The notes under the pieces: generated by a model
What the model was told of the DNA's origin: nothing
Databases searched by the model: none
Seen by the model: the letters and a program-made list of their open reading frames with translations, nothing else
Shown here: positions 1 to 13,689 of the stretch, one piece after another
Layout: every line of letters starts with the position of its first letter
Numbering within the stretch: position 1 is the stretch's first letter
Made by a program: the position numbers and the translations under genes
Source: Octopus vulgaris
Lineage: Eukaryota
DNA: 64,000 nucleotides
Reading direction: 5' to 3'
Assembly (NCBI GenBank): GCA_951406725.2
Contig: OX597814.1
Coordinates: 208,506,001-208,570,000, forward strand

Positions 1-168
1 ACATGTCTGTGGTGTGCTCAGCCACTTGCACATAAATTTCACGAGCAAGCTGTTCCATTGATCAGATCAACTGGAACCCTTGTTGTTCTAACTAATGTAG
101 TGCTAGTATTTACACATGTGTGTGGTCAAATGGCAGAAAAGGGCACTCAACACATTTAGTAGGAGCTA

Positions 169-336
169 CATGTATTATTTAAGACAGTTTGATTCAGTTC
201 CATGATACTTCAAGTTTTGCAGGCCCCTAATGGGAGCCCGACTCCTTCAGAAGCCTGAAGGAATTGAGCTCCTGTTAGGGACCTGTGAAACTTAAAGTAG
301 CACAGGACCAAATGAAACTGTTTTAAATAATGTGTG
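169..336. mobile_element. Palindromic foldback/MITE-like element (~82-bp arms, 4-nt loop)
   Basis: Left arm ATTATTTAAGACAGTTT...CTCCTTCAG, loop AAGC (251-254), right arm CTGAAGGA...AAACTGTTTTAAATAAT. The arms are reverse complements with mostly transition mismatches. Confidence 0.75.
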
Positions 337-800
337 TGTATGTGTGTATGTGTGTGGGTGTGTGTGTGTGTATGTGTGTGTGTGTGTGTGTACTGTGTGC
401 ATGTGTGTGTGTGATCATCATCATTAGCTGATGTCCATAGTCATGGTGGCATGGGCTGGACAGCTTGGCAGGATCTACTGGGTCTAAGGACTGCATCATG
501 CTCCAATGTCTGCCTTCGCATGGCTAACATTGGAACATAACACAGATTGAATGAAAATGTCTATCTCACACCAGCACAGAATATGGATGTTAAATGATAA
601 TGATCATGATTATTATATTTCTCTCTCTAGATGTGTGTGTATGTGTGCATGTGTACATGTAAGTATGTGTGCTTATGCATGTGTGTGTATATGATGTATG
701 TGTGTGTGTGTATTTATAATGTATATGTGTGTGTGTATATATAAATGTTTGTGTGTGTGAGTGTGTGTGTGTATAGAAATCAATGCCATATGAAATTATT

Positions 801-1212
801 TACTCTTTACTCTTTTTACTCTTTTACTTGTTTCAGTCATTTGATGCGGCCATGCTGGAACACCACCTCTAATCGAGCAACTCGACCCCAGGACTTATTC
901 TTTGTAAGCCCAGTACTTATTTTATTGGTCTCTTTTGCCGAACCGCTAAGTTACGGGGACATAAACACACCAGCATCGGTTGTCAAGCAATGTTAGGGGG
1001 ACAAACACAGACACACAAACACACACACACATATATATATACATATATACAACGGGCTTCTTTCAGTTTCCGTCTACCAAATTCACTCACAAGGCTTTGG
1101 TCGGCCCGAGGCTATAGTAGAAGACACTTGCCCAAGGTGCCACGCAGTGGGACTGAACCCGAAACCATGTGGTTGGTAAGCAAGCTACTTACCACACAGG
1201 CACTCCTGCGCC
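801..1212 (-). mobile_element. SINE family A (tRNA head, CORE-like domain, internal TA/TG microsatellite, AAGAGT tail)
   Basis: On the minus strand: head GGCGCAGGAGTG..GTGTGGTAAG, B-box-like GGTTTCAGTCCC and CORE-like CCTTGGGCAAGTG. About 10 near-identical copies occur in the window. Confidence 0.9.
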
Positions 1213-1399
1213 TATTTGACAACAATTTTGTCAGAATTGGCTGACTTGTACACCTGATCACTCAGTTCATGAACTGCTACACACACACACATTTATATGT
1301 ATAAATGCATTTGGCTATACAAACAGAAGAGAAAGTGTTCAATACAAATATTAATGGATAGCTATTCATTCAGAGTTGATGTTGATGAATGATAGACCT

Positions 1400-1740
1400 C
1401 ATTGCAACTTCCCCAATTTTTTTTTCTAGGCTTATTCAACGACAGATACATTATTTAACAACAGGTACACAATTTTGCCAAGCACTTTTTTCTCTTTGTA
1501 TGACATGTCCATGCTTTCACACTTCCACAGAGTTATTTCTTTCACATTCGTAGGCCGATGTCTTTATTATTCAACCATTCTCCCAGCTCAACTTTGCTTC
1601 ACCTTTCATGCAACTTATTATGAGAGAATAATACTTCACATTTTCCTATTGAGAGTTTGCAGATCTTCTGCATTCAATACCAATATCTCATTGTAACACG
1701 CTGTCCATATAATATATTTTTCCCATGGAAAGAGAAACAG
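1400..1740 (-). mobile_element. Highly degraded RTE LINE C-terminal remnant
   Basis: Minus-strand fragments ELGEWLNNKDIG, HGHVIQREKSAWQNC and KPRKK resemble RTE ..WYGHV.RM...WVKKC..GRPRKTW. Confidence 0.45.
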
Positions 1741-2925
1741 TTGTTGCTAAGGAAAGTAAACATCCCTTGGAAATACCTCTGATCGGTTTTTTTTTATTAT
1801 CATTAGTATACTATTGTTACAAGCATCTATAGCACTGATTAAATCACTTGGGAAGTAGAAATGATATCTAATGAGTTGTCTGAGAAGTTCATGAATTCCT
1901 TTCATGGACACTTAATTCTAACTACTTTTGGTTCACTGTTAGTTTACCACACATTCCATATATCTTATGTATCCATATATCTTATGTATCCATATATTGC
2001 ATTTAGTATATATATCATTGAGCTTTTTCCTGTTTGGCATTGGAACTGTGCTCTTTGTATTAAATGGTTGTGTAGCTAACAATTTTGTTTACTAACCATG
2101 TGCTTTTGAGCTCAGTTCATTTACACAGTACTATGGTCAATGACTTTTACTATAGCCCCAGGCTAACTAAAGCCTCATCAGAAAATATGGTAAATGGAGA
2201 CTGAAAGAGGTCCACCGTGTATATGTGTATGCATATATATGTGTGTGTATATTCTTTCATTCTTCTATTTGTTTCAGTAATTTGGCTGTGGCCGTATTTG
2301 TTTTCATTTGATTTACCTTGCCTTTACTTCGCATTTGTTTTGCCTTACCCACGATCTTTTATACAATATATATATATATATATGTATATTTATACATATA
2401 TATATATATATACGGTGGGCTTCTTTTAGATTCTGTTGACCAAATTCACTCACAAGACTAAGGTTGGCCTGAGGCTATAGTAGTAGATACTTGCCCAAGG
2501 TGCCACACAATGGGAATGAACTCAGAACCATGTGGTTGGGAAGCAAGCTTCTTACCACACAGCCACACACACACACACACACATGCACACACACACACAT
2601 GCACACACACACACATGCACACACATGCACGTGAACACACACACACATACATACATACATACATACACACTTACATCCAGTCCACACTGTAAAAATTATG
2701 ACAAAACTAACCTCTCCTGTGCTAGTGCCACATAAAAAGTATTGAGTTCACTCTGTGAAGTGGTTGGTGTTAGGAAGGGCACCCCAGCCATAAAACCTTT
2801 GCCAAAACAGATACAGTAGACTGGGACAGTCTTCTATCTGGCAAACTCCTGTCAACTGTCCTACCCATGTATGCATGAAAAACAGATGATAAATGATGAT
2901 GGTGATGATATGTGTGTGTGTGTGA

Positions 2926-2986
<61 letters not shown>

Positions 2987-3154
2987 GAAACAGGAGATAG
3001 GAAAAAGTTTTTGGTATTATTTATTCAACATTACATGTGTTTTATTGGCTGATAAGAGTTATAAAATGTTACATATAGGAGAGACATTTAAAATATCTCC
3101 TATTGGAAATTTTTCAGACAGAGAATCAAATAAAAATCATATATATACACACAT

Positions 3155-3224
<70 letters not shown>

Positions 3225-3226
3225 CT

Positions 3227-3273
<47 letters not shown>

Positions 3274-3286
3274 ATATTTGAGAGCT

Positions 3287-4546
3287 GTAGAAAAGGTGTA
3301 GGTAGAAACTCCATAAAATGTACCCAGCGTAAGCCAAGGACACATAAGAGGTGCAGCAACATCAAAGGAAGATTAACCGGGAAGATAGCTTTTGTGCACA
3401 GCAGATGCACAGGGGCAATAAACACCACAGACACTCAGAAAACATACTCCATCACATGCCAGGGTAAGAAACTAGAAGTAGCTGATAGCCTCCGCTACCT
3501 AGGTGACCAAATCTGTAGTGGGGGTGGATGCTAGAATAAGAATAGCCTGGGCAAAGTTCAGAAAGCTTCTACTCCTACAGGTGACAAAGGTGGATTGTAT
3601 GATGCATGTGTGTAAACTGCCATGCTTTATGGCAGTGAAACATGGGCTGTGACTGCTGAAGACATGCGTAGGCTCAAAAGAAATGAAGCTAGCATGATCT
3701 GCTGGATGTGTAATGTCAGTGTGGATACACAACAGTGTAAGCACCCTGAAAGAAATGTTGGACATAAAAAGCATCGAATGTGGCATGCAAGAGAGACGTT
3801 TGCATTGGTATGGTCATGTACTGCAGATGGAAGAGGAGAGCTGTGTGAAGAAGTGCCACTCCCAAACAGTGGAAGGAGTCCGGTGTAGAGGGAGACCCAG
3901 GAAGACATGGGACGAGGTGGTCAAGCATGACCTTCGAATGTTGGGCCTCACAGAAACAATGATGAAAGATCGAGACCTCTGTGACTGAGAAGACCCAGCA
4001 AATAAAGTGAGTTTACAGCTGTAAACTACACTAGTGTTGCATAACCAGCCTACCCAAAAGTATCTTGGATCATAGAGTGACATGCTGTGCTTGAGGAGAC
4101 CTATTGAGTTAAGTACATCAACATCAAAATCAAATCAAATGGAAATTGTAGTTGTGACCCCCATTCTGGTAGCACATAAAAAGCACCATCTGAACGTGGC
4201 TGATGCCGGTGCAGCTTTGACCGGCTTCCATGCTGGTGGCATATAAAAAGCACCATTCAATCATGGTCAATGTCAGCTACTCTGGTCTCTGTGCTGGTGG
4301 CATGTAAAAAGCACCATCCAATCATGGTCAATGTCAGCTACTCTGGTCCCTGTGCTGGTGGCATGTAAAAAGCACCCACTACACTCTCAGAGTGGTTGGC
4401 ATTAGGAAGAGCATCCAGCTGTAGAAATACTACCTGTCAGATTGGGGCCTAGTGCAGCCTTCTGGCTTCCCAGACCCCAGTCAATCCATCTAACCCATGC
4501 CAGCATGGAAAACAGATGTTAAACGATGATGATGATGATGATGATG
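3287..4546 (+). mobile_element. 5'-truncated RTE-clade LINE with 3'UTR and (GAT)n tail
   Basis: Frameshifted peptides KKLEVADSLRYLGDQI, MLYGSETWAVT..MRRLKRNEASM, RRLHWYGHVLQM, RGRPRKTWDEVVKHDL. (GAT)n tail and an 11-bp TSD ATTTGAGAGCT at 3276-3286 and 4547-4557. Confidence 0.93.
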
Positions 4547-5181
4547 ATTTGAGAGCTTAGTTATGAACTAGAAACCACTTTCAAATAAATGACTTATTTT
4601 GATAATATTCAATGCTATGAATAAACATTTATTTTATTTATGAAATGATTTGTACCTATTTGCCAGTTGTTTTGCTTATGGCAGTTTCATGAATGCATAT
4701 TATTAACTGTTTGTAGATATTTATTGAATTTATAAGAATAATCTAAATGGAATAAGCATGACTGCTTTTAGGCTATGGTTAAAAAATAAGGATTTCTAAT
4801 ATAAAAGGAATAATTTAAATATAGAAGAAATATTAAAAATCAGTGCAAAGAAAATAAGGAAATAGAGAAAGTGAGAGGATATAGGTTTAGGGGAGGTTAC
4901 CACTTTACCTTTTTCTACTGTATATGCATGAATGATGTGGTATGTGTGTAAAGGTGGTGTATATATATTATTGTGTAGATGTAGATATAGGTGTGCAGTT
5001 ACAGTTGCTTTACAGTCATGTGGTTTCAGGCTTGATCCAGTTGTATGGCACCTTGGGAACTTATCCAGGGCATCATGCAGTGAAATGGTCTGTCTGAGAA
5101 TATCATCTTCTACTATATCCTCAAGGTGACAAATGCCGAGCAAGGGAAATTTTAGAGAGGAAAACAAAAAGAAAGCCCATC

Positions 5182-5214
<33 letters not shown>

Positions 5215-5574
5215 TATGTATGTATGTATTATATACTCCAGAAGATGCTAAAAAAATAAGAGGTGTTACCTTAGTTCACTGGTAGTGAACAGCTGACTCC
5301 ATAGTACATCTCCAGCATTAGGAGGTGTGCAACGAAAATAATTATAATAATAATGATAGTAATGGTTTCAAATTTTGCCACAGGGGCAGCCATTTTGGGG
5401 GAGGGGATGAGTTGATTACATTGATGCCAATGTTCAATTGCTACTTATTTTATTGACCCTGAAAGGATGAAAGGCAAAATCACCCTCGGTGGAATTTGAA
5501 CTCAGAATGGAGTAACAGGTGAAATACCACTAAGCATTTCATCCAGTGTGCTAATGATTCTGCCAGCTTATTAG

Positions 5575-5800
5575 TAATAATAATAATAATAACAACAACA
5601 ACAACAACAATAACAATAATAATAATAAAGAGAAGAAGAAGAAGAAGAAGAAGAAGAAGAAGAAGAGGAGGAGGAGAAGAAGAAGAAGAAGAAGGAGGAG
5701 GAGAAGAAGAAGAAGAAGAAGAAGAAGAAGAAGAAGAAGAAGAAGAAGAAGAAGAAGAAGAAGAAGAAGAAGAAGAAGAAGAAGAAGAAGAAGAAGAAGA
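5575..5800. repeat. Compound (TAA/CAA)n-(GAA)n microsatellite
   Basis: Directly visible; it explains the poly-Ser/Leu ORF 5480..5845. Confidence 0.95.
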
Positions 5801-6548
5801 TGTTACATTTTGTTCAAATGATAATGAAAATATTGAAAATAACATTAGTTTCTTAATTGCTTTCTTTACTTGAAATCACTTCAAGCCAAAGGCACAGACT
5901 ACTTCTAAAACAAAAGGTTTAGGGAGAGAGAAGAGGAGCATTAATGCCACAAAATCCCCCTCTCTCTCTCTATATATATATATATATAGAGAGAGAGATA
6001 TATACACATACACATATATATTTTAAGATAGCTAATAAAAGGCAGCTGTGAAGTAATTGGTAAAATATTTAAGTGTAATAGAATGATATAGTAGCGAAAG
6101 AACTGATAAGAGAACGGATGGAATGAGATGACATTAAAAGTGCTTTTAGTTTGAAATAAAAATTAAATGGTAATAAATGAAATGATAAATATATTATAAT
6201 GAATGAATCTGCTGTCACTATGCAAGGTACTTGTTAATCCGGAGTTTATAATTACTGAGGTCATATTATGCAGTAAAAGAAGAGAGAGAGAGAGAGGAGA
6301 GAGAGAAAAGTGAGAGAGAAAAGAGAAAGAGAGTATATTTCATAATTCAGTTGCGGAGAAAAGCTTTGTGCTTGGAATTTGTAGTACATCCATGAGATAT
6401 TCAGGAAAATTAGTTGTTATTATCATCATCATCGTCGTTGGTTTGACGTCTGCTTCTTGATTTCATGGGTTTAGTTATGTACATTATTTACTACAGAAGG
6501 AAAGGATTTAAACATAAGACATAGTGATTTGGGTTGAAGCTGACAAAC

Positions 6549-6783
6549 CTATTTCTTTACTACCCACAAGGGGCTAAACACAGAGGGGACATAGAAGGAC
6601 AGACAAACGGATTAAGTCGATTACATCGACCCCAGTACGTAACTGGTGCTTAATTTATCGACCCCGAAAGGATGGAAGGCAAAGTCGACCTCGGCGAAAT
6701 TTGAACTCAGAATGCAGCGGCGGACAAAATACTACAAAGCATTTCGTCCGGCGTGCTAACGATTCTGCCAGCTCACAGCCTTT
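6549..6783 (-). mobile_element. SINE family B (tRNA-like head, GCCTTTCATCCTTTCGGGGTCGATAAATTAAGTACCAG core)
   Basis: Full copy with a 12-bp TSD AAGCTGACAAAC on both sides; more than 15 related copies in the window. Confidence 0.9.
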
Positions 6784-7496
6784 CAAGCTGACAAACATGC
6801 AATCCAATATTCCTGATCTTCTCCATATCCACCAAACCCATCCTTTCCATTAAAAAAAAATTCAAGCATTCAAGGTGTGTTGCTTTTATGGCTAACTGGT
6901 TATTTTTTCCATATAAACTGTATTAAACACTGATGAATTAGTTATGCTTTATAATAAAGTATTTCATTAATTTATTTTGGGTGAATTGAAATTAATTTTT
7001 TTTTTTTACTGAGAATGAATCAAGTAAATGGTTGGGAAGCCCTGCTCTATGGAATCACAGCACATAATCTATGCAACCAGCATCCAACAAAAAACAATGA
7101 TTCACATCCCAACATTATCAATACTCAACACTCACATAACTTACATTCTACCAACCACTCACATTCTATGTAAGGGGGACACCTATTGATGTAACACAAC
7201 CCATACAACATCATCCAACACAAAAACACATAACATCAATCACATAGCATATACAAAAGACAAACACCACCCAACTAAAATAACATCTCATATTGCACTT
7301 ACTCTACAAAATGTGTAAAACACTAAAATAACACCAGAACACCAGAAATAACAAATGAAATGCCATATCAATGCTAAATTGATGCTGCACACACTTCAGG
7401 TACATGGAGGGGCATCTGATGGTGCAGTATTATCTTATATAAAACTGTTGAAAATATGATTAATAATAATAATGACAATGGCTTCTTATTTAAATA

Positions 7497-8054
7497 CAAG
7501 CAAAAACGCCCCCACTCCCTTCCAATGGACGGTGCTAAGTTGTCAAACATTTAAGCCAAATTTTCTCAAAGCAACTTGTCCGACAGTTCCATAGGCCTCC
7601 CCTTTGAGAAACACTGATTTAACCTAAATTTGAGACACCAACAAAAGAAGAAATAAAGATACTTTTTTTATATTCCAAAGAAAAACGATTTTATACACAC
7701 AAATATGTAATCGAAGAGTTTAAAGTACCAGTAATGATAAGGCTGTTGACTGGGAGAACATAAAGATGGTTTATACAGTAAGCTTGGCAGGAAAGAAACG
7801 TGCCTTCAAGCAGTACAAAAACAACAAAAATGGAAGGTGCAGTTATGTACAGGTTGATGGAAGAAAAGCTGGACAAACACGGCTTTATCAATCACATTCT
7901 CACCTGGAATCGATTCTTGTAATATTTTCAAGACTTATACATGCCCTGATACCGTCAGTATCTACATATCAAATTTGAGCGCAATCGGATGGAAGATGCC
8001 CGAGGTCCTAGAAGACATACACACAGACAGACGGAACGGATTTTATATAAGAGA
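7497..8054 (-). mobile_element. Non-autonomous Helitron/HINE-like element
   Basis: Minus strand starts TCTCTTATATAAAA, then (GTCT)n and CCGATTGCGCTCAAATTTG, typical of rolling-circle non-autonomous 5' ends. The 3' end (..GGGCGTTTTTGCTTG) is uncertain. Confidence 0.6.
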
Positions 8055-8911
8055 CAAGGTCAGTGATTGATAGGGGAAAAAGGCTTAGTCAGTACCATCA
8101 ACTCCCAACTCCCTCAAGCACTTGACTAGTACTTCATTTTACTAACCTCAGATCAAGGTAAATCAAAGTTGACCTTGGAGAGATTTGAGCTGGAACAAAT
8201 GCTAACAGTTGGGTCACTCCAATGATGATGATGATGATGATGGTGATGATGGTGATGATGATGATGAATTGTTTTATCTCTAATTATACTATTTAGTAAC
8301 AGGAAATACAAAGCTTATGTAAACTTCATAAATCCCCGTGATAATCTTCTTTGAGTAGTTCTTAATCTATTATCAAAGTGTTGCCTGTTTTCATTTCTTG
8401 GATCTATGTATGTTACATGCTGTCTATAACTGTTTTGTACATATATTTATTTTATTGTGTGTGTGTGGGTAAGAGTTTCTATGAGTTTGAGTATGTGTGA
8501 GCACATGCGTGCATGTACATATGTGTCTGTATGTGTGTGTGTTTGCGTGTGTGTGTGTGTGTTATGTGTGTATGCATAATTTGGCTTTTAGTAACAACTC
8601 TTTGATTATTAGCTATACTGGGTAATTTAAAAAGAATGGTACAAAAAGAAAACATACTAATTTCCTCCCCTCCTTACACAAGCATGTATCTGACTCATAC
8701 ATTGTTCGCTTTCCAGACATTTGTACATTACTGCATATACTTTATACGCACTTTCTGACAAGTTGTGGTGCACCTGAGCACTGTATACAATAATTTCATT
8801 ATTATTTAACATGTGAGTGTTGTAAAGTACAGTTTGAGTTCTGGTATTAATATAATTGATTATCTTAAATTTCAGGCCTTGTGCAGGCCTTGTGCCTATA
8901 GTAAAAAAAGG

Positions 8912-8955
<44 letters not shown>

Positions 8956-9188
8956 GGCAGCAAGCTGGCAGAATTGTTAGCATGCCAGGCGAAATGCTTA
9001 TCAATTTTGTGTCTGTCACTACATTCTGAGTTCAAATTCCACTGAAGTTAACTTCACCTTTCATCCTTTTAGGGTCAATAAAATAAGTACCAGTTGAGTA
9101 CTGGAGCCAAACAAATTGACAAGTCAGCTTCCCCAAATTTTCAGGCCTTGTACCTATAGAAGAAAGGATTATTATTATTATTATTATT

Positions 9189-9735
9189 GAGTGAGAGAGA
9201 GCAGTGCATGCCAGCAAAGTGACACGGGTAAAATATATGAAGCCCAGTATAACCATCATGACTACCCATCTGATAAGGGTACACCAGGCACATGCATCAC
9301 AACCATATGTGCGCAACATGGTAATCTCATATCAAGATAAACAGTGCATGACCTTGTGGGTTAGAATTTTCTTCTGGTCGAGTAACCCATCCTGCTCAAA
9401 AGGTCCCTGAATAAGGGTTGTTTAAGGATGTTGAAAGAACCACCCATGTTTCCAGAGGTGAATTATTCAAACTCCAAAGAATCCCTCTCAACACATGGCT
9501 ATGATGCTCCCCAACTACTTCTGCTCATGATCAGAGATGCACATATCATCAGCCACTAAGGGACATGCTCAACTGGTTAAGGTCAAACAACTGGCAAGCA
9601 AATCTGTGGTATTGAGCAGAATATTTGCTGTAGCCCATCTTTTATACCAAGAGAAAACAATGTACATGATAACACTTCCAATCAGTTAAGATCAGAAGCC
9701 ATGAGAGCCACTGCCTGGTACTGCATCAGGGCATT
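9189..9735. mobile_element. ~550-bp non-coding interspersed element embedded in (TTA)n
   Basis: Colinear second copy at 18468-18907 and a shared core at 61577-61755. Both long copies are bounded by (TTA)n. Confidence 0.8.
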
Positions 9736-10268
9736 TATAATTATTATTATTATTAATAGTTTTCCAATTAGGATATTTTGATACTGTTAGAAAAATTACT
9801 TTTACAGCTTTTAACAATTTCCTATGCAACATTTTGCCATCCTGTGATACACACAGTTGGCTAGTCATACTTAAGCAAACAAATTAATTTATGTGATCTG
9901 CCAAGAGGCAGGAAGTTGGGGGGTGGGGAAGGAGACAGTGGACAATGGATGTAGCAAAGTTTGACATCATTACCATAAAGACATTATTTTACTCTCATAG
10001 TTGTCTTAGAGACAAAAATCAAATCTCCGACAAATAAATTCAATTTTCTAGAGTTTAAATTAAATTTTATAGAAAGTGCAGAGCATTACAATTTTATAGA
10101 GATGCTGCTACATTTCTTAAAAGTTTGGCTTTTAACTTGAATTATCTATTACAGTAAGAGTAAATATTGTCATTTTAATAGGGTTAGTCTAGTTTGTTTG
10201 TCAGTTACAAAACACACATCTCTCTCTTGCTCTCTGCTATGTCTCTCTCTCTCTCTCAAACACATTGT

Positions 10269-10489
10269 TACTCTTTACTCTTTTTACTCTTTTACTTGTT
10301 TCAGTCATTTGACTATGGCCATGCTGGAGCACCGCCTTTTAGTCGAACAAATCGACCCCGGGACTTATTCTTTGTAAGCCCAGTACTTATTCTATCGGTC
10401 TCTTTTTGCCGAACCGCTAAGTGACGGGGATGTAAACACACCAGCATCGGTTGTCAAGCAATGCTAGGAGGACAAACACAGACACACAA

Positions 10490-10536
<47 letters not shown>

Positions 10537-10705
10537 TATATACGACAGGCTTCTTTCAGTTTCCATCTACCAAATCCACTCACAAGGCATTGGTCGGCCC
10601 GGGGCTATAGCAGAAGACACTTGCCCAAGGTGCCACGCAGTGGGACTGAACCCAGGACCATGTGGTTGGTAAACAAGCTACTTACTACACAGTCACTCCT
10701 GTGCC
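10269..10705 (-). mobile_element. SINE family A
   Basis: Full-length match to 801-1212; possible TSD TGTTA. Confidence 0.9.
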
Positions 10706-10873
10706 TGTTAATTGATTTTAATTCATAATTCACATAATTTGGATTAGTTGAAAACCAATGCTTCTCATGTCTTCATCTTTCCAGGTTTACAAAGTGAAAC
10801 ATGCTTTTGCTACATGAGTTTTAATTGCTGCTAAACAATTAATGGACAGTTTTTAATCATGTGATTTCACTAA

Positions 10874-10975
10874 TCTCTCTCTATATAAAGCTACATAATG
10901 CAAAAGTTTTACTTTTCAAAATTCCAATTCTAAAGGGTCGAAACAAACCCGAGCAACGCCAGGCGATACTGCTAG
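10874..10975 (+). mobile_element. Minimal (102-bp) Helitron deletion derivative
   Basis: A|TCTCTCTCTATATAAAG start, subterminal GC hairpin CCCGAGCAACGCCAGGC, CTAG|T end. Matches both ends of 52735-53127. Confidence 0.88.
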
Positions 10976-11844
10976 TAATAGTAATAATGAACATAAGCAC
11001 ATGCACAAACATACTGAGGAAAGAACAAAGACAAATAAAATGCTTGTACCATGGGAAGATGAAAGTCAAAATGTAAGATATATGTATATATGCTGACGTC
11101 CAGTTATTCATCACTCATAAATGCAGCTGGTAACATGTATTTTAGTACAATGCGTTACTTGGTTAGGCAACCAGCAATTAAATTGGTGGTGCTACCACCC
11201 TGATTACATAGAGAGGAAGTGTGCTAGAAACCCAGCTGGACAAAAATAAATAAAATCTGTCAAAAGGATGGGTGAACATAGCATGGAGTCACTAAATACT
11301 TAGCATTTGTATGTGGTGATATAGAAATACCTGAGATGATGAATGAGAAAGTGAATACCCCAAGGTGGGTATAAGATGTTTTGGTGAGATTTATTTGGCA
11401 TCTCTGATTTGACACTGACTTATTGACATCAGATGTTCAAATGTTTCCCTCTGTCTGTCTGTCTCTCTGTCTGTCTGTCTCTCTCTATGTACATATATAT
11501 GTATAGATAGATAGATAGATAGATAGATACATGTGCTCACACACACATACATGAAATGCACATTAGTCCACACAATGCACACACTAGGTTACTTAAACAC
11601 ATACACACACATACTCCCATACCCACACACAGGCCCACATAACCACATAATTTTATGTTCACCCACACATACATTCACATGCACTCATCCCCATTCACAC
11701 TTATTCACTCACACACACACCATTCTTACACACACACACACGTCCTTGCACACCCTAGTTCAGCTGAATACCATTATTATCTCCCTTTCACTCAACTACT
11801 TTCTTCCAGTCATTTCATCGTGTTGAACTGTTAATCGATATACA

Positions 11845-12012
11845 TTCTTTTTTCTGTCTCTGAGATTTTTTTTTTGTTCTCTCTCCATTTTTTCCTCGAA
11901 GAATGTAGGCTCAAAGCATCAAAGGCTTTTCCATTCTTCCTGAGCATCAAACTAATACACCTGCTTGTTGTTCCCTTACTTGTTTTCATCTTTTGTTTTC
12001 TATAAATTTGAA
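11845..12012 (+). mobile_element. Short TA-associated element (Penelope pLTR-like) with decayed hammerhead-like motif
   Basis: Homologous to 28360-28530 (CCTGAGC/ACT..TCAA..TAATACACCTGCTTGTTGTTCC) and ends in (TA)n. Confidence 0.6.
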
Positions 12013-12237
12013 CTATATATATATATCTGTATGTGTACATTTCTGGCGCATGCATGCATGTGTGTGTGTGTGAGTGTATGTTTGCCTCCAGTGCTAAAAT
12101 GTACTTTTGCCAAAAGAGGTTGACTCTCCAGTCAGCCACACAAAATCATCAGCGTTCAAACCGTAAGACTTCTGGGAATTATGGCTAGACTTAGGCTCTT
12201 TAGCCATGGTGAAGGAAACTCATATAATAGAGAATCA

Positions 12238-12653
12238 TACTCTTTTACTCGTTTACTTGTTTCAGTCATTTGACTGCGGCCATGCTGGAGCACCGCTTTT
12301 AGTTGAGCAAATCAATCCCAGGACTTATTATTCTTTGTAAGCCTAGTAGTTATTCTATCGGACTCTTTTGCCGAACCGCTAAGTTACAGGGACGTTAACA
12401 CACCAGCATCGGTTGTCAAGTGATGTTGGGGGAACAGACACGGGCACACAAACACATACACATATATATATATATACATATACATATATACGAAGGGCTT
12501 CTTTCAGTTTCTGTCTGCCAAATCTACTCACAAGGCTTTGGTCAGCCCAAGGCTATAGTAGAAGACACTTGCCCAAGGTGCCACGCAGTGGGACTGAACC
12601 CGGAACCATGTGGTTCGTAATCAAGCTACTTACCACACAGCCACTCCTTCGCC
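12238..12653 (-). mobile_element. SINE family A
   Basis: Full-length match to the other copies. Confidence 0.9.
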
Positions 12654-13359
12654 TACAAACTGAATATAAACAGTTCAAGCCAATATAGTCTTTGATTTGC
12701 AACCATTTGTAGTACTCATTGATTTTAATATTTGCTTTGTGTTTTGACAATAAGTATGACGAAGTGAAACAGTGCAGCACTGTGCAAGACATGCTTTCCT
12801 TTTTATGAATATAAATATCTTTTTACAATAACAGCCGTTACTCATTAGTATAGATATCCCTTTGCAGCTCATTAACAAATAACAGTTATTCTTGTATGTT
12901 TGAAACAATGGCACTATTGTAGGTGCACCCTGCATGCATCAACTTAAGGTATTCATTTACATTTCCTGCCCTATTCACAAGTAAATGTGCTGTCAGGCTA
13001 GAACGTCCAGTGTGTATTGCTATACTGTTTGCTTTCTGTGGTCAGTTGTGCATGATGTCAGGGCAGTACACTGTATCATTGGTGGCGTGTTCAGCATTAT
13101 GCAACTATTGCTACCGATACATCTCATTCGCTCCTTGTGGTCATTTGTCCATTTTCTGATAATGAATCGATCCACATGTTTACTGAGTGTCTGAGGCAGT
13201 AGTGTGAGGGTAGGTGCATGATTGTGTATGCATGTTTGTGTGTGTGTGTGTGTGTGCGTGTGTGTGAGTGTGTGTGTGTGCATGCATAGTGTGTATGTGT
13301 GCCTGTGTGCATGTTTGTACACAAGTGTGTGTCTATATGTATGCATGTATATATGTCTA

Positions 13360-13391
<32 letters not shown>

Positions 13392-13398
13392 CATATGT

Positions 13399-13645
13399 GG
13401 AGGCATGTGGCTTAGTGGTTAGGGTGTCAGCATCATGATCATAAGATTGTGGTTTCGATTCCTGGACTGGGCGATACGTTGTGTTCTTGAGCAAAACACT
13501 TCATTCCATGTTGCTCCAGTCCACTCAGCTGGCAAAAATGAGTAACGCTGCAATGGACTGGCATCCTGTCCAGCTGGGGTACACATACGTCATTGAAACC
13601 GGGAAACTGGGCCCATGAACCTGGCTAAGCTTTAAAAGGGCGCAT
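13399..13645 (+). mobile_element. SINE family C variant (tRNA head, V-domain-like GTGTTCTTGAGCAAAACACTT)
   Basis: A-box TGGCTTAGTGG and B-box-like GTTTCGATTCC; 5' half shared with 51735-52068. Confidence 0.75.
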
Positions 13646-13689
13646 TTATTATATATTTATAATATATATATATATATACACACACACAC

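Noticed and set aside
1430-1464. Small + strand exon (AG...GT)
   Set aside because: The donor is weak and it lies within a degraded minus-strand RTE remnant.
5235-5325. Hammerhead-like CAGAAGA-TGCT...AGCA
   Set aside because: The core is altered and GAAA plus helix III are absent; only one copy is visible.
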